Assembly: GCA_964013405.1 (NCBI GenBank)
Contig: CAXGWI010000006.1
Coordinates: 2,893-66,892, forward strand
Length of the DNA stretch: 64,000 nucleotides
From: an uncultured Myxococcales bacterium
Lineage (GTDB): Bacteria; Myxococcota; UBA4151
Direction: 5' to 3'
Shown: positions 61,083-64,000 of the stretch, piece by piece
How the letters are laid out: the number at the start of each line of letters is the position of its first letter
Numbering within the stretch: position 1 is the first letter of the stretch
Position numbers and translations under genes: made by a program
Notes under the pieces: generated by a model
The model's input: the letters and a program-made list of their open reading frames with translations, nothing else
Told to the model about the DNA's origin: nothing
The model's database searches: none

Positions 61083-61840
61083 GCAGCAGCCTCCAAGGTC
61101 TCGACCAGGGCGTCTCGAGGAGAGTCCCCTCGCAAATTCCAATGGACCCGGTAACAGGGGACGTTGTCCACCACCCGCTTCACCCAACTCAAATCAGGAG
61201 CCAGGTCCTCTGCTTCCAGGCGAACGACTGCGGAAAGAAGCGCTGTTGCAGCATCGGCGGCGGTCACCGGCTCAATCCGAGGAGCGCGCTCAGACTGGAC
61301 CGGCATTAAGAGCGCACTCAAAGGGCGACGCTCTAGGTGGTCGGCACGCAATTCCCCGGGAACCACGGTGCCCTGCAGCCAAAAATCATCCGTTTGGCCG
61401 CCAAATCGAATCAGCTCGTCGCCAAGTTGCTCAAGTCCCAAGCGACGAACTAAGGTCGACTTTCCAGCACCGGAAGCGCCAAGAATCAAAAAGCCACGGT
61501 CCGTGCTCAAACAGCAACCAGCCGCGTGGGCGATGCGCCAATCATTGCCCTTACTTGCCGCAGCCAAGGCGGCAATCACCCCCACAAAATGACTCCAGGG
61601 CACCGTCCAGCGGGTGTGAACCCGAGGGTTACGGTAAGTCGTGACTCGAAGAATCCGATCGTCAAAATTCCAGTCCAGTCGATCGAGAGCGAACTGGTTA
61701 GATTGCATTCGAGGGAGCGTCGTTGATCCCGACCGCAGCACGAGGGTCAGCGCCTCTGCTCCGTGGTCACATGCTTCGGGCTGATACCGGCCGCACCACC
61801 GGAATAAGTCGGACAGATCCTCTTCCGACTCGATCTCCAC
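61064..61840 (-). CDS. HPr kinase C-terminal-domain-like P-loop kinase (HprK-related kinase)
   Basis: P-loop GFLILGASGAGKSTLVRRLG aligned to HprK gvLi.G.SGiGKSe.aleL. About 130-aa N-terminal domain of unknown function. Confidence 0.55.
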   Translation of the reverse strand: MEIESEEDLSDLFRWCGRYQPEACDHGAEALTLVLRSGSTTLPRMQSNQFALDRLDWNFDDRILRVTTYRNPRVHTRWTVPWSHFVGVIAALAAASKGNDWRIAHAAGCCLSTDRGFLILGASGAGKSTLVRRLGLEQLGDELIRFGGQTDDFWLQGTVVPGELRADHLERRPLSALLMPVQSERAPRIEPVTAADAATALLSAVVRLEAEDLAPDLSWVKRVVDNVPCYRVHWNLRGDSPRDALVETLEAAACLPGS

Positions 61841-61890
61841 AGAAAGGTCCGACTGAAGAAGGAGTCGATTCGAAATGGTGCCGATACCCT

Positions 61891-62022
61891 TTTACTTGGA
61901 CTCGCTAAGAAGCACGTCCTGAGTAAGCTCTTGCTCGCTGATCACCTCAGGCCGAAAATAAGGAACCCGCTCTTTGGTGGGTAAGCGAGGCGCACGGCCC
62001 TCCTCTTTTTTCTCTTCTGCCA
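61891..62022 (-). CDS. Unannotated 43-aa ORF: MAEEKKEEGRAPRLPTKERVPYFRPEVISEQELTQDVLLSESK. Candidate substrate/precursor peptide.
   Basis: ATG 62022 preceded by AAGGGAG at -8. Lies 13 nt after the FG-GAP protein stop and 50 nt before the kinase start, same strand. High-GC third positions consistent with coding. Confidence 0.35.
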
Positions 62023-62035
62023 TGTCTAGACTCCC

Positions 62036-64000
62036 TTAATGTCGAATATTCACGTAGCCGCCACCGGAACGAACCGGGAAGGCGAGGTCAGGTTTTCCAT
62101 CCAAGTTCGCATCGGGCAAACACACCCCATGGACGGCGCCACTGGTGTTTGCGTCGAGCCCAGTGCCCACACCGTAGGTCTTCGCCAGGGTTGTGATCGC
62201 ACTGCCAAAGTATACATAGCCCTCGTTCGTCGCCCCAGTGAGGAGATCCATTTTACCATCACCGTCGATGTCACAAAGACTCGATTCGTCGATTTCGTTA
62301 AAGCTGCTCGATCCGGCCGGCGCGGTGATCACATGATCTCGCGCTCCACCCAATGCAGGGCCACCCTCCCAGATCGAGATGGCTCGAGTGCAACAACCAT
62401 TACCGGCCAAGATATCCGCGGTGCCGTCACCGGCGACATCGCCCACAGCAAGATAAAATCCGGTTTTACCTTCGCCGCCGCCCGCACCGGCAAGCAGAAT
62501 CACGCCCGCACTCTGATAGGTGTAGGCACCATCTGCGATCGGCCCGGGAACCACGACGAGCTCCCCGACGTTGCCATTGGCTTCTTCACCGCCAATAATG
62601 AGGTCGCCATTACCGTCGCCTGTCACATCTCGACCCGCGTTCAACGACGTACCAGTCGACGAGAAGGGTCGACCTGTCACCGTCACCGCGGCATCCGCAT
62701 CACTACGATTTTGGGTCAGGATATCACCATCCCAAACCCAGGTCTTACCGGTGGAGCTGTTGTGGCGCCAGGAGGAGGCTGCAAGGTCAACGGTTGCATC
62801 ACCCACAAGAGAGCCACCGGCCGATAAAGAGTAACCAAAGCGGTCACCAGCGGTACCCGTGATCGTGATGCTTGGATTTGCCGCCAAGCCCGCTCCGGAG
62901 CCGTTGTAGATGAAGATCTTGCCATCACCATCTCTAGGTGCGGAGACGACGAGATCATCAAAGCCGTCACCGTTAAAGTCTGCGGCCGTGCAATCGCTGC
63001 CGAATCGGCCGCCACTTGCCGTTCCAAAGCGGGTGATTGGAGTGAGATTACTCAAATCGTCTGCACCCATGAAGATGATGGCGCCGCCCACCTGGGAGCC
63101 GGCGGGCGCAAAGCTGCGATCGGTCACCACCAAGTCACTGCGACCGTCGTTGTTGAAGTCACCACGACACGCACGCTGGGCGAACTTATTCGTATTGCCC
63201 GTAATTCCGCTGGCTGCGTAGGCTGACAGGGTCAGACTAAAGTCGACGGAGAGCGTGCCGAGATCCGACGTATTGCCTAGGTCATCCGTTGCCTGACCTG
63301 CGAAGAAGACCTGCTGGTCAAAGGGCAAACCTGTCACCGAGACCAAAAGATTTTGGCCGGCACCTGCCGGCGTCATCTCAGCGTTGATAACGGTCGCATT
63401 ACCGAAATTGTTGGCATCGATAGCAGCCGAGCTATGGCGTAGACTGTAAGACGTCACCGTCCCCTGATCGAAGTCGTCGCCAGGCTCAGTCCAATTGATA
63501 TCCACACTGCCTGCACGGTTGTTCACATTGGCACTGGCCAAGCTCATCGCATCTGGCTTCCCGACGTCGACATTCGCCACCAGCTGCGTTGTCGCTGTGT
63601 TGCCGTTGGCATCAGTGGCCGTCACCGTCAGCGTGTGGTTCTGGTTCGTCAAACGAATATCAGTGATCACGTTATCGGTATCGCCGGCCACTGCTTTCGT
63701 TTGCACATCGCCGTCCTGATCGCTGTTGACCACCAGGGTGCCACCGGCCGCACCACCAACGGCGACCGTAATACTGGTGTCTAAGCGCAGATCGCCGGCA
63801 TTGTTCTCGTGCACTTCATCGTCATCATAAACATAAGTGACCGGACTGTTGGCTGGATCCGTAATCTCCACCGTAGGAGCCACCGTATCTACGATGGCGT
63901 TAATAGCAACTTGCGTCGTGTTGTTCTGAGCGTCGGAAATCGAGGCACTCACGCTCACCGTTCCTTCGTCAACGGTCACCCCAGCAAAACTGACCGAGGC
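62036..64000 (-). CDS. Large secreted FG-GAP (integrin-alpha-like beta-propeller) / Ig-like repeat protein, C-terminal part (N-terminus outside window)
   Basis: Repeated FG-GAP Ca-binding loops: FNNDGRSDLVV, FNGDGFDDLVV, GDGNGDLIIG, GDGTADILAG, DGDGKMDLL. Thr/Asn-rich Ig-like N-terminal repeats. Confidence 0.55.
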   Translation of the reverse strand, partial: ASVSFAGVTVDEGTVSVSASISDAQNNTTQVAINAIVDTVAPTVEITDPANSPVTYVYDDDEVHENNAGDLRLDTSITVAVGGAAGGTLVVNSDQDGDVQTKAVAGDTDNVITDIRLTNQNHTLTVTATDANGNTATTQLVANVDVGKPDAMSLASANVNNRAGSVDINWTEPGDDFDQGTVTSYSLRHSSAAIDANNFGNATVINAEMTPAGAGQNLLVSVTGLPFDQQVFFAGQATDDLGNTSDLGTLSVDFSLTLSAYAASGITGNTNKFAQRACRGDFNNDGRSDLVVTDRSFAPAGSQVGGAIIFMGADDLSNLTPITRFGTASGGRFGSDCTAADFNGDGFDDLVVSAPRDGDGKIFIYNGSGAGLAANPSITITGTAGDRFGYSLSAGGSLVGDATVDLAASSWRHNSSTGKTWVWDGDILTQNRSDADAAVTVTGRPFSSTGTSLNAGRDVTGDGNGDLIIGGEEANGNVGELVVVPGPIADGAYTYQSAGVILLAGAGGGEGKTGFYLAVGDVAGDGTADILAGNGCCTRAISIWEGGPALGGARDHVITAPAGSSSFNEIDESSLCDIDGDGKMDLLTGATNEGYVYFGSAITTLAKTYGVGTGLDANTSGAVHGVCLPDANLDGKPDLAFPVRSGGGYVNIRH

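Noticed and set aside
1-64000. Search for CRISPR arrays, IS/transposase genes, integrases, tRNA/rRNA genes
   Set aside because: No regularly spaced direct repeats, no transposase/integrase-like ORFs and no cloverleaf-like conserved tRNA boxes were seen in intergenic regions. Intergenic spaces are short, apart from 6514-6663 and 48342-48554. The only DNA repeat seen is the 18-bp tandem duplication inside gspL, which is coding.

Overview
High-GC (roughly 60-65% by eye), gene-dense chromosomal segment. Its content and style point to Myxococcota / delta-proteobacteria: prepilin-type pseudopilins, many lipoproteins, a sigma-54-like promoter and a large FG-GAP protein. In order, the window holds: (i) the tail of an exopolysaccharide-type module (Wza-like exporter, rmlA, ArnT/PMT-like GT-C glycosyltransferase); (ii) a complete 12-gene type II secretion operon gspC-D-E-F-G-H-I-J-K-L-M-N with a candidate sigma-54 promoter; (iii) an operon of secreted/lipoproteins starting with a 5'-nucleotidase, opposite a thermonuclease lipoprotein; (iv) metH; (v) two adjacent proteins made of 2 and 3 tandem DsbA-like thioredoxin modules; (vi) mreB; (vii) a low-GC islet encoding a UDG-fold protein with a non-canonical active-site motif; (viii) a nucleoside catabolism operon deoC-deoA-nupC-punA; (ix) housekeeping genes (murI, ugd, epimerase, PAP2, purF, OPT transporter, phosphohexomutase, pyrD, def, tal, PBP1A). 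(x) At the right edge is the most unusual locus: an FG-GAP/VCBS-type giant secreted protein followed in the same operon by a 43-codon ORF absent from the ORF track, an HPr-kinase-related P-loop kinase and a soluble ER/archaeal-type (Ser/His) S26 peptidase. I interpret this as a candidate undescribed peptide phosphorylation/processing cassette. I found no rRNA, tRNA, CRISPR array or IS element by eye. The many opposite-strand ORFs in the track are high-GC artefacts.
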